Shown one piece after another: positions 29,463-39,519 of a stretch of DNA of 64,000 nt (position 1 is the stretch's first letter; each line of letters begins with the position of its first letter). Made by a program: the position numbers and the translations under genes. The notes under the pieces are model-generated. The model saw only the letters and a list, made by a program, of their open reading frames with translations, was not told the DNA's origin and made no database searches. Source of the stretch: an uncultured Planctomycetia bacterium (GTDB lineage Bacteria; Omnitrophota; Gorgyraeia; Duberdicusellales; 4484-171); the NCBI GenBank assembly GCA_964629655.1, contig CAZVQU010000001.1, positions 484,056 through 548,055 of the forward strand, in the 5' to 3' direction.

Positions 29463-30582
29463 AGAGACCTTTGCCATAGCTTTTAGCGAAAAAGAGCAAG
29501 CAGAAGCAATCAAGGAAATTTCTCTAAAGGTAAAATCGGTCTTTCCTAAAACGATAAATTACCTTATTCTTCTCTCCACCCCAGACTATAATCCTAAGAA
29601 TCTTTTAAGGGCAATAAGTCTTACCTTGAAACCCAAAAAAATTTTAGGCCTAAAATCACCATTCTTAATCTTTGAAGACAAAGTTGTTTCCAAGGGAGTT
29701 GTGGCCTGCTGTATAAACAAAGATGGGCTAGAGATTCATGAAACCTTTTCTAAAGCCACCAAACCCCAAGAAATTGAATCATTCTTAATCTCCTCATTCA
29801 AGAAGTTAAAAAGAAGAGATTTTTCTTTCTTATTTTTTGCCTCTTCCCTAGTCGATCCGGCCACCTATGTCAGAGGGATAAAGATGTCTTTGGGAAAATT
29901 CTTTGAACCTCTCGGAGCTGGCTTCATAAAAAAATACTCCTCTTACAATTCCCAAATTGTAGATGGTAATCTTAGCGATGGCTTGGTAAGTATTGCCTTA
30001 AAAGGGCTTGATATACGTTCATCGAGATTAGGGGGATATGTACCTTTGGGAAAACCTTTTACTATCACCAAGACCACGACTAACAGGGCTATCATCATGG
30101 AAATAGATAACCAGCCAGCGATAGACATTTACAAACACTATCTTCAAGAAAAGTTTGATACTTTTGTAAAAAACCATCTTTTCTGTTTTTACCCTCTGGG
30201 GATAAATACCGGCGGCTCTTTGAGGATTATCAATGTTGTTGATTGCCTGGAGGACGGTTCCTTAATGTGCGTAGGTGAAGCGAGAGAAAATGAATATGGG
30301 CATATTATGTTTCTTGACTCCACTCTTTTTGTAAAGAATCTAAAAAGTAATTTAGCCCGGCTAAGAAACAATGGACAAACTTTAACTTTTATTATAAACT
30401 CTTTAACAAGAAAAAAAACCTTAGGTGAAGGAGCCAAGGGAGAAATAGCGGCGATAAAAGAAACTCTCGGGGATAAGTCAAAAGTAATTGGATTATACGT
30501 TGATTACTCTTTCTTGTCGGATAAAGAAAAGGGAGATATTGATATCGAGACCAACAATCTCCTTGTAACCACGTGGGAGTAG
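29455..30582 (+). CDS. FIST (NosP-like) sensory protein, degenerate
   Basis: GYVPLGKPFTITK, IMEIDNQPAIDIY, YPLG, DGSLMC; first gene of a signalling operon. Confidence 0.82.
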   Translation: MDKETFAIAFSEKEQAEAIKEISLKVKSVFPKTINYLILLSTPDYNPKNLLRAISLTLKPKKILGLKSPFLIFEDKVVSKGVVACCINKDGLEIHETFSKATKPQEIESFLISSFKKLKRRDFSFLFFASSLVDPATYVRGIKMSLGKFFEPLGAGFIKKYSSYNSQIVDGNLSDGLVSIALKGLDIRSSRLGGYVPLGKPFTITKTTTNRAIIMEIDNQPAIDIYKHYLQEKFDTFVKNHLFCFYPLGINTGGSLRIINVVDCLEDGSLMCVGEARENEYGHIMFLDSTLFVKNLKSNLARLRNNGQTLTFIINSLTRKKTLGEGAKGEIAAIKETLGDKSKVIGLYVDYSFLSDKEKGDIDIETNNLLVTTWE

Positions 30583-30583
30583 C

Positions 30584-32044
30584 ATGTTTAAAAAAATACT
30601 ATCTCTTGACCCTCTAGCTACTTTGGTCTTTATATTTTTCGGTATAATAGTATTCCTCATATTTTATATCATCGGCAGACTGCAAAGCGTCTATAATTTA
30701 AAGAAAGACCTCAGCCAGGCAAATAGAACTATTCAAAACCTAGACCAACAGGCAAAATTAATTATAAAGGGCGACATGGAATTAAAGCTATCTCAACAGG
30801 AGATAGAAAGCGAGCTCACAAAACTAACCCTAATAAAGAACCTTCTCTTTTCTTCTATTTATACTTTAGATAAGGAAAAAATCTTCTCCTCAATAACCGA
30901 AGAAATAATACATGCCTTGGGATTTAAGAAAGGGTTGGTAATTGACTTTCAAGAGAGTAAAGAAAAGGTTAATGTTGGCTTTGACGCTGGTGATGTTGAG
31001 CTATTCAAAGGGGCTTTCAAGCATAAGAAAGAGCTGCTAAAAGATACGCAGATTTTGCGCTCAGGCTCTGGAATTTACAAAGATCTTTTCCCGACTATAG
31101 GAAATAAAAACATTCTTATCGCACCAATAAAAGCAAGGGAGTTCGTATACGCCATATTTATAGTATCTGACCTTAATCTCCACGCTGAGATTAAAAAGTC
31201 AGAAGAAGAGGCATTCTTAATCGTCTGCATGTATCTTAGCCAATGTCTTGATAACATCCGGTTATTTGAAGACCTCTACCATACAAAAGATAACTTAGAG
31301 AAGAAAATCAAGGAACGAACAAGTGAACTTGTTAAAAGTTTAAGGGCAATCGAAGTTATAAGTAAAACTAAGTCTGACTTCATTTCTAGCGTATCCCATG
31401 AACTAAGAACTCCTCTTACCTCAGTAAAGGGGTTCTCTGCCCTTTTGGTTGGTGAAAAATTTGGTAAATTGCCTGAAGAAGCCAGGAAGCGATTGCTAAA
31501 GATAGACGGGAACGTAAATAAACTTATGGTTATTGTAAACACCCTCTTAGATATTTCTCGCATAGAGTCCGGCAAGATGGAAGTAAAGATTGCACCATTT
31601 GAAATTACGAAATTAATCAGAGAGGTAGCAGATTTCTTAAGCCCTCAAGTCCAAGCTAAAGAGATAGGGTTAGCGTTTGAGCTTTCTGAAAGCTTGACCG
31701 CATACCTAGATAAAAATCTTATTGAAAGGGTATTGATCAATCTTATCAATAATGCCATAAAGTTTACTCCTTCCGGGGGGAAAATAACGCTTAGGTGTAT
31801 CCAGAAAGACAAACAAGCTGTTGTCTCTGTGTCTGATACTGGTTGCGGGATGAAAGAAGATGATTTAGGAAAAGTATTCCAGGAATTCTTCAGAGCAGCT
31901 AACCCTGCAATCGCCAAAATAGAAGGCAGCGGCCTAGGTCTTTCTTTAGTGAAAAGAATCATTGATACCCATAAGGAAAAAATATGGGTAGAGTCAAAAC
32001 TAGGAAAAGGTACTACTTTTTCATTTACCCTAAGGATACCTTAA
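30584..32044 (+). CDS. Membrane-anchored sensor histidine kinase
   Basis: N-terminal TM, GAF-like region, SHELRTPL, NLINNAIKF, DTGCG, GSGLGL. Confidence 0.95.
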   Translation: MFKKILSLDPLATLVFIFFGIIVFLIFYIIGRLQSVYNLKKDLSQANRTIQNLDQQAKLIIKGDMELKLSQQEIESELTKLTLIKNLLFSSIYTLDKEKIFSSITEEIIHALGFKKGLVIDFQESKEKVNVGFDAGDVELFKGAFKHKKELLKDTQILRSGSGIYKDLFPTIGNKNILIAPIKAREFVYAIFIVSDLNLHAEIKKSEEEAFLIVCMYLSQCLDNIRLFEDLYHTKDNLEKKIKERTSELVKSLRAIEVISKTKSDFISSVSHELRTPLTSVKGFSALLVGEKFGKLPEEARKRLLKIDGNVNKLMVIVNTLLDISRIESGKMEVKIAPFEITKLIREVADFLSPQVQAKEIGLAFELSESLTAYLDKNLIERVLINLINNAIKFTPSGGKITLRCIQKDKQAVVSVSDTGCGMKEDDLGKVFQEFFRAANPAIAKIEGSGLGLSLVKRIIDTHKEKIWVESKLGKGTTFSFTLRIP

Positions 32045-32045
32045 G

Positions 32046-32975
32046 ATGTATAAATTAAAAGTCCTAATCATTGACGATAACCCCGATATTCTTGATCTTC
32101 TCGAAGCCACCTTGCAGGATGAATTCGAACTAATAAAAGCCTCTTCCGGCAATGAGGCTTTAGAGAAGCTAAAAGCCAATAGTCCCAACTTTTTAGTCTT
32201 AGACTATGTTCTCCCTGATTTAAAAGGCCCGGAAATTTGCAAGATAATAAGAAAAGATCCTCTATTCCTAAACGTCCCTATTCTTATGCTTACCGGCAAA
32301 GGTGAGGTAGAAGATAAAGTTACTGGGCTTGAAGCTGGCGCTGACGATTACATGCTGAAACCCTTTGACCCCCAAGAATTAATCGCCCGGGTAAGAATGC
32401 TTATACGACGTTCCTCTGCAAACTTAGACGCCAATCCCTTAACCCGATTACCAGGGAATGTTTCGATCAATAAGGAACTAACTGAAAAAATTCAAAGTAA
32501 AGAAATGTTTGCTGTGCTCTATATTGACATTGATAATTTTAAAGCTGTAAATGACTACTACGGATTTGAAGAGGGCGACAATGTAATTAAGGAAACTGCT
32601 CGAATCCTTATTGACTCTATCCAGAAAAAAGGAACGGCTAAGGATTTTGTAGGGCACATTGGCGGAGATGACTTTGCTATTGTAACAACCCCTGGAAAAT
32701 TCGAAGAAATAGCTAAAAAGGTAATAACCGATTTTGACAATATCGCGCCAACCTTCTTTGCGGAAAAAGACAGATTAAGAGGTTATATTGAAACAAAAGG
32801 ACGTGATAATAAAATACATAGATTTGGTTTCCCGACCATCTCTCTTGGGATAATTACTAATCTAAAACAAAATTTTACCCATACTGCCGAGGTAAATTCT
32901 CTAGGGGCAGAAATGAAAAGCCTGGCCAAAAAATTCCCAGAAAGTAAGTACATAGTTAATAAGAGAAGTTCTTAA
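32046..32975 (+). CDS. Response regulator diguanylate cyclase (REC-GGDEF)
   Basis: IIDDN, LDYVLP, KPF; NPLTRLPGN, DIDNFKAVNDYYG, HIGGDDF. Confidence 0.93.
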   Translation: MYKLKVLIIDDNPDILDLLEATLQDEFELIKASSGNEALEKLKANSPNFLVLDYVLPDLKGPEICKIIRKDPLFLNVPILMLTGKGEVEDKVTGLEAGADDYMLKPFDPQELIARVRMLIRRSSANLDANPLTRLPGNVSINKELTEKIQSKEMFAVLYIDIDNFKAVNDYYGFEEGDNVIKETARILIDSIQKKGTAKDFVGHIGGDDFAIVTTPGKFEEIAKKVITDFDNIAPTFFAEKDRLRGYIETKGRDNKIHRFGFPTISLGIITNLKQNFTHTAEVNSLGAEMKSLAKKFPESKYIVNKRSS

Positions 32976-32980
32976 TGCTT

Positions 32981-33067
32981 GCGAGGGTGGCGGAATTGGC
33001 AGACGCACTAGCTTGAGGGGCTAACGGTAGCGATACCGTAGGGGTTCAAGTCCCCTCCCTCGCACCA
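32981..33067 (+). tRNA. tRNA-Leu(GAG)
   Basis: GCGAGGG/CCCTCGC acceptor stem, anticodon loop TT-GAG-GG, long variable arm, GGTTCAAGTCC, encoded CCA. Confidence 0.96.
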
Positions 33068-33084
33068 CTATTTTTACGATAAGA

Positions 33085-33801
33085 CTAATTTGCAATTTCT
33101 AAATCTCCCCACAAAAATATCTTTTCTCCAAAAGCAACTAGTAATCCTTCAATCGGAAGTTTGTTTTTAGCTTCATCTAAAACCTTATCTACATCCTCTA
33201 CTTTTTTTATCCTATTAGATATAGCAGTGGCAAAACTGTCGGCAATAATTATATTTTTAGCAACTACGCTAACTAGATCGGCTTTACCGAAATTAAGGCT
33301 ATGCCCCAAAGATGATGATGAGGAGGCAATCCCAAAGGCCTGGCTTCTTTTCTTTATCTTTAACTTAAGATTATTTATCTTAAACTCTTGGCCTAAGTAA
33401 ACCCCGATAATCTTATCTTCATTAATTTTTAGAAAGATATCCCCGCCATTCTCTACAATGAGCTCCTGACAATGATTTAAGAGCTCGCCTCCTACGTAGG
33501 AAGCGACTGCTCCGGCAACAGCAGAAAAGGGACCAATACCGGTAACTTTTGAGCTCTCTAGCATCTCTCTTATGATCGGTGGTGCTGTTTGGTCGATTTC
33601 CAAAGGAAAAAGAGACCTCGAAAAGAGAGGGTTTTCCTTTATATAATCTTCTATCTGCTCATAACACTCTACTAAAATACCCTGGGCTTTTTCCTTGTCA
33701 ATCACCTTATCGCTACAAATTAAAAGGTCACTTTCTTTGAAAGAAACCTCAATCTTAAATTTTGAGAAGATTTGATCGCGGTAGAGTCTTTCTTCGTACA
33801 T
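33085..33801 (-). CDS. UPF0280 / ApbE-like protein
   Basis: YEERLYR, ESDL, GPFSAVAGAVA, VENGGDI, GHSLNFGKAD. Confidence 0.88.
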   Translation of the reverse strand: MYEERLYRDQIFSKFKIEVSFKESDLLICSDKVIDKEKAQGILVECYEQIEDYIKENPLFSRSLFPLEIDQTAPPIIREMLESSKVTGIGPFSAVAGAVASYVGGELLNHCQELIVENGGDIFLKINEDKIIGVYLGQEFKINNLKLKIKKRSQAFGIASSSSSLGHSLNFGKADLVSVVAKNIIIADSFATAISNRIKKVEDVDKVLDEAKNKLPIEGLLVAFGEKIFLWGDLEIAN

Positions 33802-33808
33802 ACTTTTA

Positions 33809-34450
33809 TTAACGTTGGTATTTTAAAACAACTATTTTCTTAAATGATCCTATATTATCTCGGCTAAGCACCAGTGAATCTTTCTCCTCGTAATCAGGAT
33901 TAGCTTTCAAAAACTTATCCACGCCGTCAATATCAAATCCCAGCTTGGGAGTCTTATAGTGCATTGGAATGGTAATCTTGGGACTAATCTCTCTTATCAA
34001 CTGGCTTGCCTCGGCTGCATCAATAGTAAAGGTTCCTCCGACTGGAATTATAGCAATGTCAATATCACTAAAAGAGGTCAAATCAATGTCTTTTTCTCCT
34101 AAATCGCCAAAGTGAACAATTTTTAAATTATCAGCCCCAATAGTAAAAATTATATTCTCGCCGCGAGAGCGCCCCTTATCCTTATCATGGTAAGAAAGCA
34201 TACCTTTGATCTCTATATCCTTTGTCGAGGCTTCTCCCTCTTGGTTAACAATCAAAGCATCTTTGAAGTCCTGAATGTTGTTATGGTCAGCATGTTTATG
34301 CGAAGCAGTAACAATGTCAGCCTCAAGATTAATAGCCTCATAACCTACTGCTCCGCCATAACCGCCAGACTCATAAGGGTCCGTAATCAATCTAGTCCCT
34401 TGGCTAGTCTCTAATAAAAAACAAGCATGGCCTAAGAAACTTATTTCCAT
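33809..34450 (-). CDS. Metallo-beta-lactamase-fold hydrolase
   Basis: LGHACF, TDPY, SHKHADHN, HFGDLG, IPMHYK. Confidence 0.92.
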   Translation of the reverse strand: MEISFLGHACFLLETSQGTRLITDPYESGGYGGAVGYEAINLEADIVTASHKHADHNNIQDFKDALIVNQEGEASTKDIEIKGMLSYHDKDKGRSRGENIIFTIGADNLKIVHFGDLGEKDIDLTSFSDIDIAIIPVGGTFTIDAAEASQLIREISPKITIPMHYKTPKLGFDIDGVDKFLKANPDYEEKDSLVLSRDNIGSFKKIVVLKYQR

Positions 34451-35127
34451 TACTCTTCTGACCCTTTGTTATTTATTAATTCCTCTAGGATACTTCGGGA
34501 TATCCCAATGTCCACTATAGATATCTGGCCACAAAGACTCGGGCCTTGGTTTAGATAAAATCCTAACTTAGGGGCAATAAAACTTACTGTGTAATCAGCT
34601 TTGACCGCTTGGCCTAAAACTTTTCCTTCATCTGGAGACAAACCTGAGGGTATATCGCAAGATACTGTTTTCTTACCGCTTTCATTTATAAGACCAATAG
34701 CCTCTTTCAAAAAAGAGCTAAGCTCACCCTTTACTCCGATTCCCAAGATTCCCTCAAGGATAAAATCTCTATCTTCAAATAGCTTTTTAAGCTTGAGGAT
34801 ATTGTTATTGTCAAAAAAAGATATCTGATGCCCTATCTCTTCAAGAACCCCTTTTTGAAAAGAAACTTGGGGGCCTAACTCTTTCTCTACTAAAATAGCC
34901 ACCGTTACATCATAACCGGAAGAAGAGAGTTTTCGGGCACAACTCAAAACATCAGCACCGTTATTGCCCCGACCGGATATAACAAGTACTTTTTCCCCTA
35001 AATTCAACCTATCAATTACCTTAAAAAGATTACTTGAGGCATTCTCGATGAGTATCCTCTCTTCCAAGCCAATTTTCTTAGCCATATCATCTAGCTCTCG
35101 TAGTTTACTAACCTCCAAACCCTTCAT
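34450..35127 (-). CDS. nnrE: NAD(P)H-hydrate epimerase (YjeF-N, stand-alone)
   Basis: LIENA, GRGNNGAD, LGIG, DIPSG, VDIGI. Confidence 0.9.
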   Translation of the reverse strand: MKGLEVSKLRELDDMAKKIGLEERILIENASSNLFKVIDRLNLGEKVLVISGRGNNGADVLSCARKLSSSGYDVTVAILVEKELGPQVSFQKGVLEEIGHQISFFDNNNILKLKKLFEDRDFILEGILGIGVKGELSSFLKEAIGLINESGKKTVSCDIPSGLSPDEGKVLGQAVKADYTVSFIAPKLGFYLNQGPSLCGQISIVDIGISRSILEELINNKGSEE

Positions 35128-35185
35128 CCAATGACTTCCTTCTTTTTTAGTATTTTAATTATCGCGGGGAGAAAAAGATGCACCT

Positions 35186-36151
35186 TTAATGCGTTTCTTT
35201 ACCTTTCTTCTTAAACAAATCCAGGAATTTATCCTCATATTCCTTATAGACATTCCAGCGGTCAAGCTCACCCTTTAGCTTATTAGCTAAAGTTATATCT
35301 TTCCCGGCGTCGCTGAAAAGCTTTTCTATTTCTTTACGGGCTGATTGGGGTAGCTTTGTGTAGGCAGCTAAATCTTTTTTGATCTTATCAATATCGTCAT
35401 CGCTTAAGGGGCTATGTCCCGGAGTGGGGGTTTCTCCTTTCAAGTAAGTTATCAGCTTATCTATTTCCTCTTCAATAAACTTACTGCGAGAGGCTATCGA
35501 AGTAAGATTCAAATCTACTTTAAGATACTTGCCCATTGCTTCTAAAATACTACGAGTTGCCTTAGGATTTTCGATTTGAACAGTATAAAAAGGGATCTCT
35601 CCTAATAAACATACCCCTTTTATAGATTTCTTCTTTCCTACGCCCAAAATAATTCCATTAAGCCCACTTACCTGGCCTTCTTTCAGAACTTTTAAGTCAA
35701 GCTTCTCTAAGGGCTTTAGGAGTTCGCCGTGGGTTACCGCCACCCATACCTTAGACTTACTCTTATGGTCAATCGGCTCGGGTTTAGCTGCAAAGGTAAA
35801 CATCTGGTTTACTTTATACTTCCTTATAAAATTAACAATCATCAAAGATAAGGCTTGAGCATATTCTAATGGCGGCTGTACTTCGCCTAAGAAAAGAATT
35901 ATATCCGGTGATTTCTTGCCTTTATGGTAGTAGAAGAATCCGGCTGGCATTTCAGGAATATTAAGGACTCCCTTTTCTACAGATACTGCTGCTGGTTTAA
36001 AGAATTGTGGAGCTTGAAGCTTAGCAAAAACCTTAAACTCTAAAACCTCCTTTAAAAAAAGAGCAGCCCGGTAAGCTACCTCCCCCATTCCTGGCCAAGC
36101 AGCGATAAAAATTGGATTCTTTAGTTTTGGTGAAGCAATTTCTTTAATCAT
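35186..36151 (-). CDS. PAC2 (proteasome assembly chaperone-like) family protein
   Basis: AAWPGMGEVA, GEVQP, GQVSGLNG, CLLGE, NPKA. Start refined to ATG at 36151. Confidence 0.82.
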   Translation of the reverse strand: MIKEIASPKLKNPIFIAAWPGMGEVAYRAALFLKEVLEFKVFAKLQAPQFFKPAAVSVEKGVLNIPEMPAGFFYYHKGKKSPDIILFLGEVQPPLEYAQALSLMIVNFIRKYKVNQMFTFAAKPEPIDHKSKSKVWVAVTHGELLKPLEKLDLKVLKEGQVSGLNGIILGVGKKKSIKGVCLLGEIPFYTVQIENPKATRSILEAMGKYLKVDLNLTSIASRSKFIEEEIDKLITYLKGETPTPGHSPLSDDDIDKIKKDLAAYTKLPQSARKEIEKLFSDAGKDITLANKLKGELDRWNVYKEYEDKFLDLFKKKGKETH

Positions 36152-36189
36152 CTTAAATACTCTACCATAAGTCAAACAAAAGACAAATA

Positions 36190-36352
36190 AAAAACCCCGC
36201 CATTTATCCGTTACAGGCGATCGCTATCAGTTTCTCATCTCTACACGTGGGCGCCGCATCTTTCCCGCCTAGGCAGTAAGAAATATTAGCTCCCTTATTA
36301 ATGGCGTTAGCTGTAGCGTTCTGACCTGCTATCGCGATAGGCAGGGTTATTT
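36190..36352 (-). ncRNA. ssrS: Probable 6S RNA
   Basis: About 160-nt region with complementary ends (5' ACCCTGCC / 3' GGCGGGGT plus U-tract), internal GGGAGC and CGGCGCCCAC segments as in 6S RNAs, its own strong promoter, and position downstream of pheT. Confidence 0.72.
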
Positions 36353-36360
36353 TCATATCT

Positions 36361-36389
36361 ATTATACCACTACCTTTTTGTTTTTTCAA
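36361..36389 (-). promoter_or_regulatory. Sigma70 promoter for the putative 6S RNA
   Basis: TTGAAA-17 nt-TATAAT with extended TG (TGGTATAAT). Confidence 0.75.
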
Positions 36390-36439
36390 TCTAGACACTA
36401 CCCCGCTACAAAAATATCTTCAAGCGAACTAAGGAATCT

Positions 36440-38446
36440 CTAACGTAAGCTCACACCTTCTTGTTGGCTTAAGCTTTGCCTTATCTGGTTGTGAAAAGAA
36501 TCAACTTCGCTAGAGACAAGAGTCTTCTCAGTTGATTGATAAAAAATCCTTAAGGTGAAAGCCTTATGCTCCGGGGGGATATCTTTACCTTTATAAACGT
36601 CAACAATAGTCAACCCAGCCAGATAATTACCTTTGGCTTTGATAATCCCTTCAATCTCTTTAAATTTTATAGATTTCTTTAAAGAAATACTTATGTCTCG
36701 CCATATAGCCGGATAAGAACTAAGAGGTTTGTATTTCTTCTGGCCCCTGATTTTTACGCAAAGCGATAAATCTAATTGAGCGAAAAATAAGTTTTCTTTT
36801 AAGCCAAGGTTTTTCTTTTGCAGTTGATCTAACTTGCCCATGAATCCTAAATTACGATTCCCGACACTGACTTTCAAAGAGTTGGTAAAGTTATTTAAAG
36901 AGCTCTCCTTAAATTCGAAGCTGCTTATATTGAGGAAGTTCAAGATTCTTTCTATGGCGCCTTTTAAAAGAAAAAAATCATCATCTTTGCCGCTGATAGC
37001 TAAGGCTAGGGTAGGAGTTTCCAGAAAGCCTTTGCTATTTTTAGAATAGGTATCAGCTATTTCAAATAACCATAGACTACCTTGGTTACCTGTGCCGGTT
37101 AGGGCGCGATTCAAATTATGCCGCAGGCTCCTAGCCATTCCAAAAAGCAAATTGCTCCGCAAGGCATTCTCTTGGCTACGCAAAGGATTGATAAGTTCTA
37201 TAACATCTTTGTCTTCTATTCTTAATTGCTCTTTCTCCTCTAAGCTATAGGTGATTATCTCTTTAAATCCCAGCAGAGCTGCAAGGTTCGCCAGCTCTCC
37301 TTTAAAATGGTAGTAGTCTGTTTGACTAGAAATAGTTAAATTCCTCTTCAGAAATGGAATCTGAGCCGGTATCTTATCGTACCCGTAGATACGGGAAAAC
37401 TCTTCATAAACATCAACCTCGCTGTTAATATCAAACCGAGAACCCGGAGGCGAAACCACTATTCTATTTTTAGATAAATCCTTTACCTTAAAATCAAGGC
37501 TCTGGAGAATCTTCTTTGCCTCAAGCTTAAGAGTCCTCAGGCCTAAATAAGCACCTAAGGCATCGAAGCTTATTGTTATATTCTTTTTTGCTAATCGGGG
37601 TCTCTTACCGGCGGCCTTATACCCCTTAATTTTCCCTCCACTTACATCAGCTATTAATTTAGCAGCTTCGCAAGAAGCATGTTCTAGCAGGTGAGGCGAA
37701 ACCATTCGTTCAAAACGATAGGAAGACTCTGTATCCAGGCCAGCGGCTCTTCGAGAACGTCTCACGGTCAAAGGAGAAAATACTGCTGCTTCAAGAAAGA
37801 TATTATTGGTGGTTTTAGTTACCTCTGTATTTTTGCCCCCGATAATTCCGGCTAAAGCAATTACCTTCTTACTGTCAGCGATTACTAAGTTCTCTTTACC
37901 TAAAACTCTTTCCTTACCATCAATTCCCACCAATGACTCATTTTTCTTCGCTCTACGTATATAGATATTGCCCTCTAATTTATCAGCATCAAAAGCATGC
38001 AAGGGATTGCCCCATTTAAGCATAGAGTAGTTAGTAATGTCTACGGTGTCATTAACCAGGGTAAGCCCACAATTTAGAACTCGCTCTCGCAACCAAGCTC
38101 CAGATTCAGATACTCTTACCCCCTCTATTCTTCTACCAATGTAATAAGAACAATCTCCCTTATCTTCGATTAGAATATCTCTTGTTGCAAGAAGAGGTTT
38201 TGTAATTGAGACCGGGTAATTAACCTTTAACTTCTTTCCTAAAATAGCAGCTATCTCTCTGGATATCCCTAATATTGAGAGCCAGTCATACCTATTAGTA
38301 GTGACCTCAATATCAAAAATCCAATCTGAAAGCCCCTTCTCTAGGCCTTCGACCTCCATGCCGGCCATAGTAAGAAGAGAGGCCAACTCTCTAGGTGAGA
38401 TATCCACCTTTAAAAATTCCTGAATAAAATTTAAACTGAATCTCAT
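36440..38446 (-). CDS. pheT: Phenylalanyl-tRNA synthetase beta subunit (short form lacking B2 OB domain)
   Basis: EVTTNR.D.LS, PLHAFD, SSYRFER, DVYEEFSRIYGY, C-terminal FDX-ACB; 668 aa. Confidence 0.95.
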   Translation of the reverse strand: MRFSLNFIQEFLKVDISPRELASLLTMAGMEVEGLEKGLSDWIFDIEVTTNRYDWLSILGISREIAAILGKKLKVNYPVSITKPLLATRDILIEDKGDCSYYIGRRIEGVRVSESGAWLRERVLNCGLTLVNDTVDITNYSMLKWGNPLHAFDADKLEGNIYIRRAKKNESLVGIDGKERVLGKENLVIADSKKVIALAGIIGGKNTEVTKTTNNIFLEAAVFSPLTVRRSRRAAGLDTESSYRFERMVSPHLLEHASCEAAKLIADVSGGKIKGYKAAGKRPRLAKKNITISFDALGAYLGLRTLKLEAKKILQSLDFKVKDLSKNRIVVSPPGSRFDINSEVDVYEEFSRIYGYDKIPAQIPFLKRNLTISSQTDYYHFKGELANLAALLGFKEIITYSLEEKEQLRIEDKDVIELINPLRSQENALRSNLLFGMARSLRHNLNRALTGTGNQGSLWLFEIADTYSKNSKGFLETPTLALAISGKDDDFFLLKGAIERILNFLNISSFEFKESSLNNFTNSLKVSVGNRNLGFMGKLDQLQKKNLGLKENLFFAQLDLSLCVKIRGQKKYKPLSSYPAIWRDISISLKKSIKFKEIEGIIKAKGNYLAGLTIVDVYKGKDIPPEHKAFTLRIFYQSTEKTLVSSEVDSFHNQIRQSLSQQEGVSLR

Positions 38447-38460
38447 AATTTACTCTTAGC

Positions 38461-39519
38461 TTACAGAGAAAATTGTTTTAAGAATCTTACGTCGTTCTCG
38501 TAAAAAAGACGAATATCATCAATGCCATATTTAAGCATAGCTATTCTCTCTACGCCCATTCCAAAGGCAAACCCTTTGTGCTTTTTAGAATCTATCCGGC
38601 AAGCTTTTAATACCTTGGGATGGATCATCCCGCAGCCTAAGATTTCAAGCCAACCTTTGCCCTTGCAGACACTGCACTTCTTAACCCCTTCTTCTTTGCT
38701 TGCTCTCTCTGCTTTTTTTCTTCTACAAATGAAACAAGATATATCCACCTCTGCCGAGGGCTCAGTGAAGGGGAAAAAATGAGGCCGGAACCGAAGCTCT
38801 ACTTCATTTGAGAAAAATTCACGGGCGAAATGGAGCAGGACTCCTTTGAGATGAGAAAAGTTTATATCCTCATCTACTACAAAACCCTCTATCTGATGAA
38901 ACATAAACGAATGGGTAGCATCTACCGCGTCGGGTCGATAGACCCTTCCTGGTGAAATTACTGCCAATGGTGGTTTTGCCTCCTGCATAACCCTTATCTG
39001 AGAAGGTGAGGTATGACTTCTTAAGAGATACTTACCTCTATCTTTTTCGCCGATACCTAGATAAAAAGTATCAAAGGCTTCCCGAGAAGGATGTTCTAAG
39101 GGAATATTTAAAGCCTCAAAGTTATACCACTCCTCTTCAATCTCCTTACCCTCGATAGTAGCAAATCCTAGCTTCTCGAATATAGAACAAATCTTCTCGC
39201 TAACTGTGCTTAAAATATGGCGCGAACCAGATTCTAAGGAAACGGAAGGCGGGGTTAAATCGATTTTTCCTTCCCTGCCCTTTCCCTGGCTCGCCTCTGC
39301 CTCTAGCAAAGAGGTTATCTTTTGCTTAAAAGCATTTAACCTCTTGCCCCAAATGCCCCTTTCTTCTGGCTCAAGAGTAGGAATTCGGGAGAAGAGCTGA
39401 GTAAAAGTAGACTTTCTGCCTAAATATTTAATTTTCAAGATTTCTAACTCCTTGGGGGACTTAGCTTCCTGAAAATCTCTTTGAAGTTCTTCTTCTAGAC
39501 GTTTAATCTCGTTTTCCAT
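38461..39519 (-). CDS. pheS: Phenylalanyl-tRNA synthetase alpha subunit
   Basis: NFEALN, LRSHTSP, FHQIEG, FPFTEPS, GFAFGMGVER. Confidence 0.98.
   Translation of the reverse strand: MENEIKRLEEELQRDFQEAKSPKELEILKIKYLGRKSTFTQLFSRIPTLEPEERGIWGKRLNAFKQKITSLLEAEASQGKGREGKIDLTPPSVSLESGSRHILSTVSEKICSIFEKLGFATIEGKEIEEEWYNFEALNIPLEHPSREAFDTFYLGIGEKDRGKYLLRSHTSPSQIRVMQEAKPPLAVISPGRVYRPDAVDATHSFMFHQIEGFVVDEDINFSHLKGVLLHFAREFFSNEVELRFRPHFFPFTEPSAEVDISCFICRRKKAERASKEEGVKKCSVCKGKGWLEILGCGMIHPKVLKACRIDSKKHKGFAFGMGVERIAMLKYGIDDIRLFYENDVRFLKQFSL

Noticed and set aside
36204-36398. 64-aa ORF on the minus strand
   Set aside because: It spans a consensus promoter and a self-complementary 6S-like RNA, and the protein has no recognisable features.
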